64,000 bases of DNA from Antedon mediterranea (lineage: Eukaryota; Animalia; Echinodermata): the NCBI RefSeq assembly GCF_964355755.1, contig NC_092670.1, forward strand, positions 27,266,795 through 27,330,794, given 5' to 3'. Below the pieces are notes generated by a model. That model was not told where the DNA came from, searched no databases, and saw only the letters and a program-made list of their open reading frames with translations. Shown in pieces: positions 1-11,534 of this stretch (the first letter of the stretch is position 1; each line of letters opens with the position of its first letter). The position numbers were made by a program, and so were the translations under genes.

Positions 1-992
1 TCGTTACTTCATTACCTGTTGAGTTGTACATTAGCTAATGTTGATTTTTATTTAATAAATAACTGTTGGTGTTTCTACATTAGCTAGTTCTAGGTTTTAC
101 TACATGGGTGGATTTGACAGTTTCGACGACATTTGCTGCCGTTTTCTACACTAGCGGTTTTGAACAGGGACTAGTGTAAAGGAAATGCCACAAGTTGTGT
201 TTTTTTATTTTTTTTTATTTATTGTTTTGTGTACTAAAGTGGCAGCATAATCAGTATTTATTTTTACCAGATGTCCAGCAAGGGTAATGTCCCATAACTC
301 AGGCCACAATTGTCAGGTCAACCTCAAAACAGCGGCTCTCGGGAGATATTAATTACCGGTAGTCGTGTTAACTGTCATCTGTTATTTGTCAGGAGAAGGG
401 GTGCGAACTTGCCATATCTCAAATTAAGATTACGCTTACCATGAATATGATTTCATTACAAGAATTATATACCACAGTATGTTACGTAATTTAATTCTCT
501 TATTTTAAAAAATAACTAAATAAATTAGTACATGATTCTAGTATAAGTATTATAAAAAATGTTTCTATTTAATATACAGGGAGCGGGGGTTGCCTCATAG
601 CCTGAACGGTTTTAATACGAACTTATGTACTATAATATTATTTTACGTAGATTACTATTTAATATTATTTTATTTATTTAACAACATATTTATACAGGAT
701 TATACACAATCAAGTAGAAATATACTTGTTTTGCATTGTGGTCCTGTCGACAAAAACGGATACAAATTTAAATACAATTTCAATTAATATTATAATATAA
801 TTTGAGATGAACGTATAATATGTAATAAAGAATAACTATATGATTATATTTTATACTCCTATCTGAATGTGCTATTTATTGTGTAATAGAACGACCGAAG
901 CGTTTACCAATAAGAGTATCTTCGAAATTTAATTTAATAAATGGCATTTCCCTCCAATAGTTTTTTTCTCTCATTTTTTGTGTACTCGCCAC

Positions 993-1422
993 TGTAATAA
1001 ATTACCATTCCCTAACCATGAACATTCTAGAATAAGATGTTTACATTTAAGACATCATGTATAATTAATATAATAACAATCAGGAACATTCCAGTATGCT
1101 ATTAATAGAAACTGTAATCAAATAGAATAAGAAGTATAAAGAATGATATAGAAGGATAGGAACATCTTGTATATAAAGGGATGTAAAACTATTGTCATGT
1201 TGTTGGATATTAGAGGTTGGATATTAGATTGTAAAAGTTATTGTGAAGCTGTTGTTTAAAGTGCTTACTGGGTTGTTGAAAGTTGAAGTTGATTGAAATT
1301 AAAGATTTGTTTTTGAGTTATTTTACAACTTTGTGGATTTGGTGTGTATACTTTTATGTCACAAGGGAGTTCCTAAAGTATTTTCAACCGCTCGGAAACA
1401 TACGTAAAAGGAGTTCGTGACA
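993..1422 (+). mobile_element. Probable solo LTR
   Basis: TGT...ACA ends; flanks GCCAC / TCCAC (5-bp TSD with 1 mismatch); internal TATATAAAGGG (~1170) and ATTAAA (~1298) in LTR-like order; no second copy in the window. The left boundary is uncertain. Confidence 0.45.
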
Positions 1423-1647
1423 TCCACTTAAGGCACAAAGTTTAAATTATAGGCCTACACCTGACAAAACTGTTTGCTCTTTCTTCTAATCGGCAATTGG
1501 TTAAAACAAATGTAGCAAGAAGCTGATTGGCTCAATGTTTGTTCAAAACCTCCTACATTTAAAAAATCATTCACTTTGCTTGCAAAGTTCCAATCACGCT
1601 GTTGTTCGTTACAACCTGCCTTCTTTCTATTTTTACTTATTGTCATT

Positions 1648-1895
1648 ATGACCGATCATGAGTTTGATGCCTTGAGAAACTATCTACAAAACAACGTTTA
1701 TCCTGTAAATTATTCTGAAATATTAAAACGAAGTTTGCGACGGAAAGCCAAGAACTTTACAATTCTTCGTGATATCTTGTATTACAAACAACATTCTGGT
1801 AGATTGTTGCGTGTATTGTTACCGAAAGAAAAAAACGAAGTGTTAAATAGTATCCATAAGCAGGCACATGGTGGTCACTTGGGTGTCAACAAAAC
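1648..1895 (+). CDS. Ginger1-like transposase exon 1 (YPYY-like motif, first half of HHCC zinc finger)
   Basis: ATG 1648; NYLQNNVYP...ILYY...HKQAHGGHLGVNKT; ends at AC|GTAAG donor (phase 2). Confidence 0.8.
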
Positions 1896-3285
1896 GTAAG
1901 TTTAAAGTTTGTCAATTAAATAATATTTAAGCTTCGATAAGTTTCTGGGTGACTTTAAAACTGTTTATATGTTTGGCCAGGTGGAATGCCATCCTGAGAT
2001 GAGTATTAGTAATTAGTACAGCATTGTTTTTAAATGATTTTATACGTAATTTTACTTTCTGTGGACCACAGAATTCGAAACAAATAATTAAATGAATGAA
2101 TTAAATGAATAATAACTAATACTTATCAATTGAAAAATGTATAATGACCGTGTACATTATGAAGTTAGTATTTTATATATAGATTCAAACATATTTTTAT
2201 ACCTCCATGAATGAAAAATATGTTAAGTCGATAATAATTTCTACTCAATATATTATCGCAATTAATTGTATAAATATATTGAAGTTGAACATAAAATATC
2301 ACATGTAAAAAATACAAAACATATATTGGCATTCAATAATTAATCAAAAATGTTCCGAATATGAGCACTGTTTCAATAATTTGACAGATTATTATTATAT
2401 AATTTACACAGTGCTACACAACGCATATATCTTTAGTTCAAAATTAAGATATCTCTTTTAATAGAGATAGATTATTTCAATTGAAAACTAAGATGTCTTA
2501 CTTTTTAAAAGAAATATCTATGTTAATAGATATTTTTTTGTAGGCTTATTACACCTCGAAAAACCAAGAAGAATACAGTACAACTAGCTCTATCTATAAT
2601 ATTTAAAAAAAGTAATGTTTTAGTTTTATAACAGTTCATATACGGTACTCTACACGTGCCCACTGCATAACTAACACAGAAAAAAATCCACTTGTGATAT
2701 TCCGAATGGGACAAGAATCTTCCATTCTAAATATCTTGGTTACTAAATCTTAGATAGCTCAAGTAATATAGAGATATCCCTCATGAGAGATATCTTAGTT
2801 TTAAATAGTGATACAAATACTTCCCGAATGAAAACTTATTCAGGTCTTGGTATAATAAATATGTTCAATATTAGTTGCTCATTCATAATGCAAAAAGCCA
2901 TATCAGTAAATAATGTATTAACTTTCGTTCGTTTAAAATGTATACTTATGAAAGAAAATACAATTTGACAAAAAAAAAGGTTAGGAATAAGACTTTTATT
3001 ATGTAACTTTAAAGTGGATTATTACATTTTTTTTTAGGGAATACTTCTTTATAAAAAAACGCATTTTCAATAACAAAACTAGTTTCCAATCCCCCGGTAA
3101 TGGAGTAAAACCACCTGCAGCTTATGTAATGAAAAAAATTAACACCATGTAGAACGATCAACAACGAATGTAGGAACGAAAATTGCATCCCAGCTAATGT
3201 AGGACTATCGCCAGCTAATGTAGAAAATATATATTTTACAAACCTAAATGTCTAAATCATGTGCAAATGCATCTGTTTACTTAGC

Positions 3286-3536
3286 TATCCATCTATCCAC
3301 GTCTCGTAACCGACCAACTTTCTAAAACGACCACACATCGTAAGCAACCAACTCTTTTAAGGGACCGTTTCTCATAATCGACTTCCTCTCTCGTAACGAC
3401 AACTTTTTTGGGTGACCACCTCTATTAAACGGCCATCGTCTCTGTTAAGGGATCGCTTCCCATAATCGACCAACTCTTGTAAGTGATCACATCCTCTCAT
3501 TATGGACCGCTTCTCATAATCGACCACCTCTCGTAG
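3286..3536. repeat. Left half of a degenerate (CTCGTAAGCGACCAC)n repeat element split by the Gypsy insertion
   Basis: Recurrent CGACCAC/TCTCGTAA motifs that resume at 12117. Confidence 0.7.
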
Positions 3537-4118
3537 TGTAATATAACGATATACTGTTATATTTAAGAAATTGACCTTTGTATCGGAATTCAAATAGGTT
3601 CACAAACTTGACCCAGAAAGTCCAGAGGAGAGTTTGTCCAGATGTTTTAATGACCATTTAGTTTATAATAGAGTCCCTAAAGAAAACACTTAGCTTAATT
3701 TTGTGACTTTCCCATCGTTAAACCAGGAGTGACTGACACTATTTAAGTACAGATTTGACAGTGTCATCCATCACAGAAATACCTTATTATACCGTTAATC
3801 ACTCCCACTTAAACACCCCTGGATCAACTTAGGACCAATCGTTACCCTCTAATATTACGTAGTGACATATGCAAATGAACTGAGCCAATATACTCCCAAG
3901 TTTCAGAAGGGCCCAGACACACCTCACAGCCACTTCTTCAGAAGCAGACCTACACACACCACACCTCACTGACAGCATCATTGATTGTCCGTTCCTTATC
4001 TATACTTATAGTTGTATATTGTACTGAAGTATTATACTGAATAAACAATATATGTGTTACGACAGTCAAGCGAGTCAGAGTCTTCATTAGTACCTCAACA
4101 ACGCAACATTATATTACA
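3537..4118 (+). repeat. 5' LTR
   Basis: Direct repeat of 11535-12116; TG...CA; AATAAA ~4040. Confidence 0.97.
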
Positions 4119-4131
4119 TGGTGGAAGACCC
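4119..4131 (+). promoter_or_regulatory. Primer binding site
   Basis: TGGTGGAAGACCC directly after the 5' LTR; TGG complements tRNA CCA; cognate tRNA not assigned. Confidence 0.75.
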
Positions 4132-4255
4132 AAATTTCATAAGGAACGGAGTGAGAAAACAAGAAATAAACACTTAACAAGACACGAAGACGAAGACGAA
4201 GACAAAAATAACCATATTTGTTTGAAAGGAGAAAACCAGAAATTTACTTTGACTC

Positions 4256-4565
4256 AAAAGACAAGCTGAAATTATACTTGAATGAGATCGAGACAAGCAG
4301 AAATTTTTATCAAATTATTACCATTGGATGAAGACAAAGAAGATAATCGAGGAAGACACAAAAGACAAGCTGAAATTATATTTGAATGAGATCGAGACAA
4401 GCAGAAATTTTTATCAAATTATTACCATTGGATGAAGACAAAGAAGATAATCGAGGAAGACACAAAAGACAAGCTGAAATTATATTTGAATGAGATCGAG
4501 ACAAGCAGAAATTTTATCAAATTATAACCATTGGATAAAGACAAAGAAGATAATCGAGGAAGACC
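4256..4565 (+). repeat. 104-bp x3 tandem repeat in Gypsy 5' UTR
   Basis: GACAAGCTGAAATTATA recurs at 4260, 4364, 4468. Confidence 0.92.
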
Positions 4566-4952
4566 CAAGCAGAATCAAAACAGAAGCAAGCGGACAAGAA
4601 CTGTTTCGTTTGGACACTTTCAACTTCACGCCGTTTTTTTTTTCGATCGTTTTTTAACATTTACTTTTTTTTTAACATTGATGAACACCTTTCGCATTTT
4701 TTTGAATTCGTTGTTTGAAAAGTTGAACATTGATGAGCACTTTAACATTTCTTTAATTCGTTGTTTGAACATTTAAACATTTTTGAACACTTTTTGCATT
4801 CCTTTAATTCATTTTTAATTGGATCCGAAGCATTTGGGGTAAGTCAAAGCCATTTTGATTTTTGATTTGTAACCTTGATTGAAAAGTGAGAGTTTACATA
4901 TATATACACTAAATTGTTTTTGATATTTGATTAATAATTAATATTATAAAGT

Positions 4953-5918
4953 ATGGTCAACGTTGTTGATAACGAAGTAATTTTAAATGAGCCCGTCAAT
5001 CCTCACCCCGTGCCCCACCTAAGACAAACCGATTTCCTTCCCAAAAGATATGACGGTTCCATAACCGATCACGACCAATGTAGTGCACACTACTTATCGT
5101 TTACCGACTACCTTGAGGCCCACACGTTAGAAAACCCTGTAAACAATGCCCAATTAATTAATGTAATAAGTATTTTTAAACGTAGCCTTCAGGGCCAAGC
5201 TAGACTCTGGATTGAGGGAAAGCAGTTCGATTCACTAGAATCCCTAAAAACCCAATTCATCAACAGGTTTAGTAAAAACAAATCAATCTATGCGCACATA
5301 AGAGAATACGATTCAATTACATACACCACTGGCGACAACGCCGAAAAACACTTAACCAAAATCAAACAAGCCGCAGACAGAATTGGATACGCTGACCAGC
5401 AGATAAAGAATAAATTTATTTCGACCCTTCCACCAAAATGTAGAGCAGCTGTAGCCATGTCCACCCCAATCGATGCCACTATTGAAAATATCGTAAATAG
5501 CACACAAAATTACCTTGACCTTTCCGTAGATGATGCCACACGGGAAGTTTCATTCAATATCAATAAGGAAACAGATAGGCCTAATAGTCTCGAATCGCTC
5601 CAACATGAGATAAATTCTCTCAAGTTAGACATGGCCACAACAAAACGATCCCTTAATGATGATACTCGACGCTCACGTTCCCCCACCCGAAATTATATCC
5701 CAAGACGAAACCGAAGCCCAAGCCCATACAAACCCCGATTCCAGACCCCACCGACCCCAAGATATAGACAACCTCCCCCAACCTGTTATTACTGCGGGAA
5801 ACCAGGCCACATAGCAAGGCACTGCCGACAACAAAACCGCTCTTACGGAAACTATCCCCCGCCATACCCATACCAACAGTCAAACAATTACTACCCTAGC
5901 CACCAGCAGGATTTTTAA
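4953..5918 (+). CDS. gag: Gag with CCHC zinc knuckle
   Basis: 321-aa ORF; SLQGQARLW capsid-like motif; CYYCGKPGHIARHC. Confidence 0.95.
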   Translation: MVNVVDNEVILNEPVNPHPVPHLRQTDFLPKRYDGSITDHDQCSAHYLSFTDYLEAHTLENPVNNAQLINVISIFKRSLQGQARLWIEGKQFDSLESLKTQFINRFSKNKSIYAHIREYDSITYTTGDNAEKHLTKIKQAADRIGYADQQIKNKFISTLPPKCRAAVAMSTPIDATIENIVNSTQNYLDLSVDDATREVSFNINKETDRPNSLESLQHEINSLKLDMATTKRSLNDDTRRSRSPTRNYIPRRNRSPSPYKPRFQTPPTPRYRQPPPTCYYCGKPGHIARHCRQQNRSYGNYPPPYPYQQSNNYYPSHQQDF

Positions 5919-5954
5919 AAAGGGGACTAGATGCCGCCTATAATCTGGCCCCCC
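5909..5954 (+). promoter_or_regulatory. -1 ribosomal frameshift signal (slippery heptamer + stem-loop)
   Basis: G GAT TTT before the gag stop; pol is in the -1 frame and open from here; hairpin GGGGACTAGAT...ATCTGGCCCCC starts ~6 nt downstream. Confidence 0.75.
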
Positions 5955-8900
5955 ATACTAAATACGACAATTTTAAGGCAAAATACTTAGGAAATTCAGA
6001 TAATATTGATTTGTTACTTAACGACAGAAATTACGTTAAAGGAAATTTACCAGATGGTAGAAATGTTTTAACTTTATTTGACAGTGGTTCAACTAGAACT
6101 ATAATCTCACAATCGTACGTTAATTCCTCACTTTATTTATCGCGTTTAAAGCCAGTTAAAGTGAACACAACTAAATTTCGATTAGGTAACGGTGACTTCT
6201 TATATGCCAACCACTTAGTGCAATTCGAATTATTTATCCAAGGACACAAATTTAAAATTTCAGCATTAATCGTTAAAAATTTGACAGGTATTGACCTGAT
6301 ACTTGGAACCGAAACATTGTCTGAACTCGACGGTACTTTAAATTTTAAGGAAAACACATTTCGCATTAGACCAAAGATTTTTAGCTTTCGTCCAGTACAC
6401 AAGATTTTTCTTAAACCCGGTGATACTAAAACAGTTAAATTAAAAGGAAGGGTTCCCGCCTTTGTACGCAATTCTGATGTTGTTCTACATGCAACCACCC
6501 ATATTTCAAAACTTTGTCCATCAGATATGTTAGTAAAATTACACAGAGGAGAAACCAACATTGATATCACTAACAACACAAACAGAAACGTATCTCTAAA
6601 TACACATCAACCTATCGCGAGCCTTCATTTAACCAACCTTGTAACAGTTACTAATGACCTACCAATTGATAGAATAAAGTTGACCAATGACAACGCAAAC
6701 AAGTACCCACATTTAGAACGTACAGACCCATTGCTAACTTTAACCGAGGAAGAAATAATTAGAAAACAAGTTGATTTAAAAGACAGCGTTTTAACACATA
6801 GAGAAAAAGAAGATTTGTATAAAACATTACAACAAAACAGAAACGCATTTTCACTTTATGGTGAACTATCTAGCTGCCCAAACTTCAAAGCTGACATACA
6901 CCTCTCTAACGATGAACCATTTTTCATTCGACCATACTTCGCGACAGACAAAGACAAACATGTTATTGAGGCCGAATTGAACAAATTAGTCAAATTAGGA
7001 ATCTTAGCAGTAGGACACCAATCGTATACTTCCCCTGTCCTTCTTGTTTCAAAGAAAAATTCGAAAGATAAAAGAGTTGTCACAGACTTTCGCTATCTAA
7101 ATTCCAGGATAAAACGTATTAATCACCCATTCCCATTATTAGCCGAAACTCTGAAAACAATAGGTAACGCTAATGCACAGATTCTTAGCGTAATTGATTT
7201 GAAATCAGCGTTCCACTGTGTACCATTAGCCGAACATGCCCAACAATATACAGGTATAGCTTCATATCATGGTGGAAAGCATTATTATTATAAGAGATTA
7301 GCACAAGGATTAAACGTTTCGCCAGGTATATTTCAAGCAAAGATTGACGAAATTTTAAATGAAATCCCAAATTCTAGAGAATTCTGTATCGCCCATCATG
7401 ATGATATTATTTTATTTAGCCAAGACAAATTTGCTCATAAGCAGCACCTCGTTTCCGTTTTACAAGCCCTACAATTAAATGGTTTTAGAATTTGTCCAAA
7501 GAAATGTAAGTTATTCAAGAATAAAGTGCAATATATGGGACACACCATCCTGATTAATTCTTCAGGACACGCATGTATCACACCATTAGGCGACAGGTGT
7601 GCAGCTATCCGAAATTTGCCAGTCCCACGAACCCATAAAGAAACTAAACGATTTATTGGTGCAGTAAATTATGTATCCCATTTTTTCCCTCAAATACAAT
7701 CAATTTTACGTCCGTTACATACACTCGCAAGTAAACGCCGAAAATTTGTTTGGTCTACTGATCACCAGAAAGCATTTGACGAAATTAAACACTTAATGGT
7801 TAAACCACCAACTCTTCAAATGCCTAGAAAAGAAGGTAGATTTACGCTATATAGCGACACTTCAAGAACCGCAACAGGTTCATATTTAACACAAACAGTA
7901 AACGGTAAAGAACACATAATAGGTTATTATTCCAAAATCTTACCACAAGCCTGTCAACGATATAGCGTCACAGAATTAGAGTTATTTGGACTTTACATTA
8001 ACGTTTCAGCATTTCGACATTTACTAAAGGGTTGCGAATTTGATGCATTCGTAGACCACTCAGCAATTGTACAAATTTGGAATTCAAAAGATCAGCCATG
8101 TACACCCCGTTTACAGAAACTAATATTACGATTGTCCGGATACATTTTCCAAATTGGTTATAAGAAAGGAACTGAATTAGTTTTAGCAGATTTTCTCTCC
8201 CGAGCCCCTCGTGACGACGATTCCGAAATTGATCAAGTTGTACCCATTGCATTTAATATTACAGAGACTGAATCTCTTAACCCGATTACAAACACATCTA
8301 CTTGCAGACCAGTAACAAGGTCATACGCCAAGCAAATGGGAATAAATATACCTGACCTACATAAACCCAAACCAGTACAAACGCCCGTCATTAATCAAAA
8401 CCCAGTGACACCAAACACGCGACCTACACCTCAACCTACCGCTACACCACAGATAATCACGAGACAACAAACAAACGCACATCGATCACCGCCTATCATA
8501 ACGCCACCTATCGTAACGCCACCCCCAATACGTAATGTAAACATTCGACAACCTCCAGAGGAACGACTAGTAGACAAAAATAAGCAAAGCAAAGATACTA
8601 CACATCGAAATGTACCAGTTGAATTGTATACATCTCCCAAACCACTAGTACCAAACATAACTGAATTTAAGTCAGCACACATCCCAAAACAACAAGACTT
8701 AGATAGATTAATGGATGTTATTCAAAGAAAGATAATTAGAGATTATAACCTCCCAGTAGATGTTAAACAATTACGCGTTGAACAAGAAACTTCACCATTT
8801 TTTAAGCCAGTTTACGATTATTTAGCTCATGATATCCTTCCAGCTGATAAGAAAGCAGCTCGTGCAGTTCAGAATAAGTCAGAGCAGTACATATTGTGCA

Positions 8901-10624
8901 ACGGTTTACTATTCCGTTTATTTTTCCAAGATAAAGGTGGAGAATTTGTATTGCAATTAGCTGTTCCTGAAAACTTAGCCGAGACTATTATTTCTCAGTA
9001 TCACGACAATTTGTTAAGTAGCCACCAAGGTACGATGCGTACTTACCTTACTATTAGGAAATTATTTTACATGCCCCTTATGTTTGAGAAAGTCAACAAT
9101 TATACCCAAGCGTGTCTTAGATGTCAACAATTTCGTCCCAAAACCGATAAATTACGTCCTTTACACGATCGAGTACCAGCAACTTACCGTCCCTTTCATA
9201 CACTCAGTCTAGATTTTAAGAGTATGCCAACATCACCTTCAGGTTTTAAACATATTATGGTAGTATGTGATGAGATAACTAGATTTTTGATTTGTGTACC
9301 TTTGAAATCCATTGATGCCGAAACAATTTGTGAAGCACTAATTCAAAAGGTCATCAGTATTTTTGGACCCCCATCTCGTCTTATTTCAGATGCAGCAACC
9401 TCCCTTACAGGAAAATTATTAACACTATTATGTAACACCCTTAATATTGATAGGAAAATCATCAGCGTCCACAATCACGGTAGTTTACAAGTTGAACGTC
9501 ATATCCGCACCGTATCGGACCTGTTAAAGGTCAACCTTAACCAATTCGGAACAGATTGGGTTAGATTTGTATCAACAACATGTTATGCTTATAACTCGTT
9601 TTCATCCCCACATCTAGGAAACCACTCCCCTTACGAATTAGTTTTTGGCCGCCAACCTCCAAGTTTGACCTCATTAGCATTTAACCCTATTTCAGGATTG
9701 TCTCATTCCTATGAAGAATACTTTGAACATCTCAAGAAGAAATTTCAAAACATTTCACAGACAATGCTACAATTACAGCGAACACAACAAAACGTCCAAA
9801 ACTCAAAGATTTCCCAACGCTTAGAAAAAAGTCCAATTTACTCAGTAGGACAACTCGTATATTTATACAAGCCAACATCATCATCACTAACAGCAAATTC
9901 AAAGAAAATCGCCGCAGAATGGGTCGGACCATTAGTAATTCATGAAGTACTAGACAGAACACACTACATCCTAGCAACGATTAAAGGAGAAATACTTCGC
10001 GACGTATTCAATTATAACAGACTGAAACCCTGTTTTATGAGAACGCCTAAAGAACGCAAAAATTTTACACATCTACAAAAACTTAAACAATTGTTGAATG
10101 AACCCACTGATGATAATAACGAGAAAATCCAAAACACCATTAATGTAGTAAATGACGAAATCAATGTTGAATTTGTAGACGAACATGATAGAACACCAGC
10201 CCAATTGCAATCCGATACCCTTACACATCCAACTAAAGTAGAACCCCTTAACTTGCAACCTTACATGGACTGTGTAGAGAATAACATGGGATTAGCAGCC
10301 CCATTCCAAATGAAAGAAGAACAAATTAAGGAACAAACTAATCTAATTATGACAGCACCTAATGATTCAAATATGACATTAAACCGAGGTAGATTTAAAG
10401 CAGGACATTTCCAAGTTTTAGTTTCATATTCTAAACCGACTTCAGCTAAACGCAACACCGATAAAACAAAACAAGAATCTAATGATCGCAAATTTTGGTG
10501 GAATATTGACAGATATAACGATACAGATAAATTGATTAAAGAGATCATTAAAGATAAACAGATACCGATAAGTGGATCGCCAAAACGATTCATAAAACGT
10601 TTGTATAATGCAACGAATTACTGA
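5912..10624 (+). CDS. pol: Pol polyprotein (aspartic protease, RT, RNase H, integrase)
   Basis: LFDSGS protease; DFRYLN, DLKSAF, HHDD RT; YSDTS/YSVTELE RNase H; HHCC and D,D,E integrase; uninterrupted ORF. Confidence 0.96.
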   Translation, partial: FLKRGLDAAYNLAPHTKYDNFKAKYLGNSDNIDLLLNDRNYVKGNLPDGRNVLTLFDSGSTRTIISQSYVNSSLYLSRLKPVKVNTTKFRLGNGDFLYANHLVQFELFIQGHKFKISALIVKNLTGIDLILGTETLSELDGTLNFKENTFRIRPKIFSFRPVHKIFLKPGDTKTVKLKGRVPAFVRNSDVVLHATTHISKLCPSDMLVKLHRGETNIDITNNTNRNVSLNTHQPIASLHLTNLVTVTNDLPIDRIKLTNDNANKYPHLERTDPLLTLTEEEIIRKQVDLKDSVLTHREKEDLYKTLQQNRNAFSLYGELSSCPNFKADIHLSNDEPFFIRPYFATDKDKHVIEAELNKLVKLGILAVGHQSYTSPVLLVSKKNSKDKRVVTDFRYLNSRIKRINHPFPLLAETLKTIGNANAQILSVIDLKSAFHCVPLAEHAQQYTGIASYHGGKHYYYKRLAQGLNVSPGIFQAKIDEILNEIPNSREFCIAHHDDIILFSQDKFAHKQHLVSVLQALQLNGFRICPKKCKLFKNKVQYMGHTILINSSGHACITPLGDRCAAIRNLPVPRTHKETKRFIGAVNYVSHFFPQIQSILRPLHTLASKRRKFVWSTDHQKAFDEIKHLMVKPPTLQMPRKEGRFTLYSDTSRTATGSYLTQTVNGKEHIIGYYSKILPQACQRYSVTELELFGLYINVSAFRHLLKGCEFDAFVDHSAIVQIWNSKDQPCTPRLQKLILRLSGYIFQIGYKKGTELVLADFLSRAPRDDDSEIDQVVPIAFNITETESLNPITNTSTCRPVTRSYAKQMGINIPDLHKPKPVQTPVINQNPVTPNTRPTPQPTATPQIITRQQTNAHRSPPIITPPIVTPPPIRNVNIRQPPEERLVDKNKQSKDTTHRNVPVELYTSPKPLVPNITEFKSAHIPKQQDLDRLMDVIQRKIIRDYNLPVDVKQLRVEQETSPFFKPVYDYLAHDILPADKKAARAVQNKSEQYILCNGLLFRLFFQDKGGEFVLQLAVPENLAETIISQYHDNLLSSHQGTMRTYLTIRKLFYMPLMFEKVNNYTQACLRCQQFRPKTDKLRPLHDRVPATYRPFHTLSLDFKSMPTSPSGFKHIMVVCDEITRFLICVPLKSIDAETICEALIQKVISIFGPPSRLISDAATSLTGKLLTLLCNTLNIDRKIISVHNHGSLQVERHIRTVSDLLKVNLNQFGTDWVRFVSTTCYAYNSFSSPHLGNHSPYELVFGRQPPSLTSLAFNPISGLSHSYEEYFEHLKKKFQNISQTMLQLQRTQQNVQNSKISQRLEKSPIYSVGQLVYLYKPTSSSLTANSKKIAAEWVGPLVIHEVLDRTHYILATIKGEILRDVFNYNRLKPCFMRTPKERKNFTHLQKLKQLLNEPTDDNNEKIQNTINVVNDEINVEFVDEHDRTPAQLQSDTLTHPTKVEPLNLQPYMDCVENNMGLAAPFQMKEEQIKEQTNLIMTAPNDSNMTLNRGRFKAGHFQVLVSYSKPTSAKRNTDKTKQESNDRKFWWNIDRYNDTDKLIKEIIKDKQIPISGSPKRFIKRLYNATNY

Positions 10625-11502
10625 TTTAATTTTTTTTTGCAAGATTTTTTTTTAATTACGACATTTGCTAAATTAATGATAGCATAGTCTACGTATTTGA
10701 TGAGATTTGTTTAGTAATGATGTGATTTCAGTTAAAAGAGAATTGAATTTATGTGTAAGTATTGATTTTGTAACGAGTTTGATAATGATTAATTTTGAAT
10801 TTTGATGATCGATATATTGAGATATTGAAAAGAACGACAATCATTTTGTAACAAATATTTTGTTTAACCTTTGAGTCGTTAATCTCAAGCATTAATTAAT
10901 TGATATACAAGAACAGGAGATTTTCTTAGTACTTTTAATTTTAATATTTTTTAAATTGAGTACAAAAGTCGAATTTGTCGATTGATTGAAATCGTAATTA
11001 CCTGTGAATATAAATGCGTAAATCGATAAAGTTGTGACGATAACGATATATTGTGGATAAGTTTGTGTCAACGGGACACACACATTTGTTTCTTTAAAGC
11101 TTTAAGTGATTAAGTTTGATATTTTGATTTTAGGCTAATCAGCCACAGTTTCTTGAGTTTTATGTTTTGATTTGATGATTTATGTTTGAAGGCCATTAGA
11201 ACGCGATGAGTTGTCGCACGAATTTGACGTATGTTCAATGTAACATACTATTTTTAAGTTTTGTATTTTTATTTTTAACTGATTTATGTTTGATTTACGC
11301 GAATTTTTATACCAAATTCATTTTTGATTTAAATTTTTTTTAAGAGAGAGAAGAGAGAGAATGAAAGTGATAAGGTTACACTTCAGAGTCAATGGTTTTG
11401 GCTAACTCAATTTTTGCTTATATGTATAATAATGTTTTTTTTCTCTTATATAACTTTAAATTTGCATGCCACTATTATAACCATTTTTATATTTTAAATA
11501 GA

Positions 11503-11534
11503 TAAAAAAAAAAAAAAAAAGGGAAACAGAGGGA
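11503..11534 (+). promoter_or_regulatory. Polypurine tract
   Basis: A-run + GGGAAACAGAGGGA abutting the 3' LTR. Confidence 0.85.

Noticed and set aside
1-180. Inverted partner of 3060-3230 bounding a 3-kb element
   Set aside because: Only short CTACATTAGC/GCTAATGTAG motifs are shared; more likely separate degenerate copies of one repeat family.
480-520. TGTTACG as the Ginger left TIR or as an alternative LTR start
   Set aside because: No matching inverted end found at 16.5-17.1 kb, and no TSD when paired with 1422; the Ginger termini remain undefined.
2400-2810. MITE built on CTAAGATATCT motifs
   Set aside because: Scattered motifs only; matching termini and TSD could not be defined.
5288-10642. 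Antisense ORFs within gag/pol
   Set aside because: Short shadow frames of the sense ORFs with no recognisable motifs.
10625-11502. env-like third ORF in the Gypsy element
   Set aside because: T-rich sequence with no substantial plus-strand ORF.
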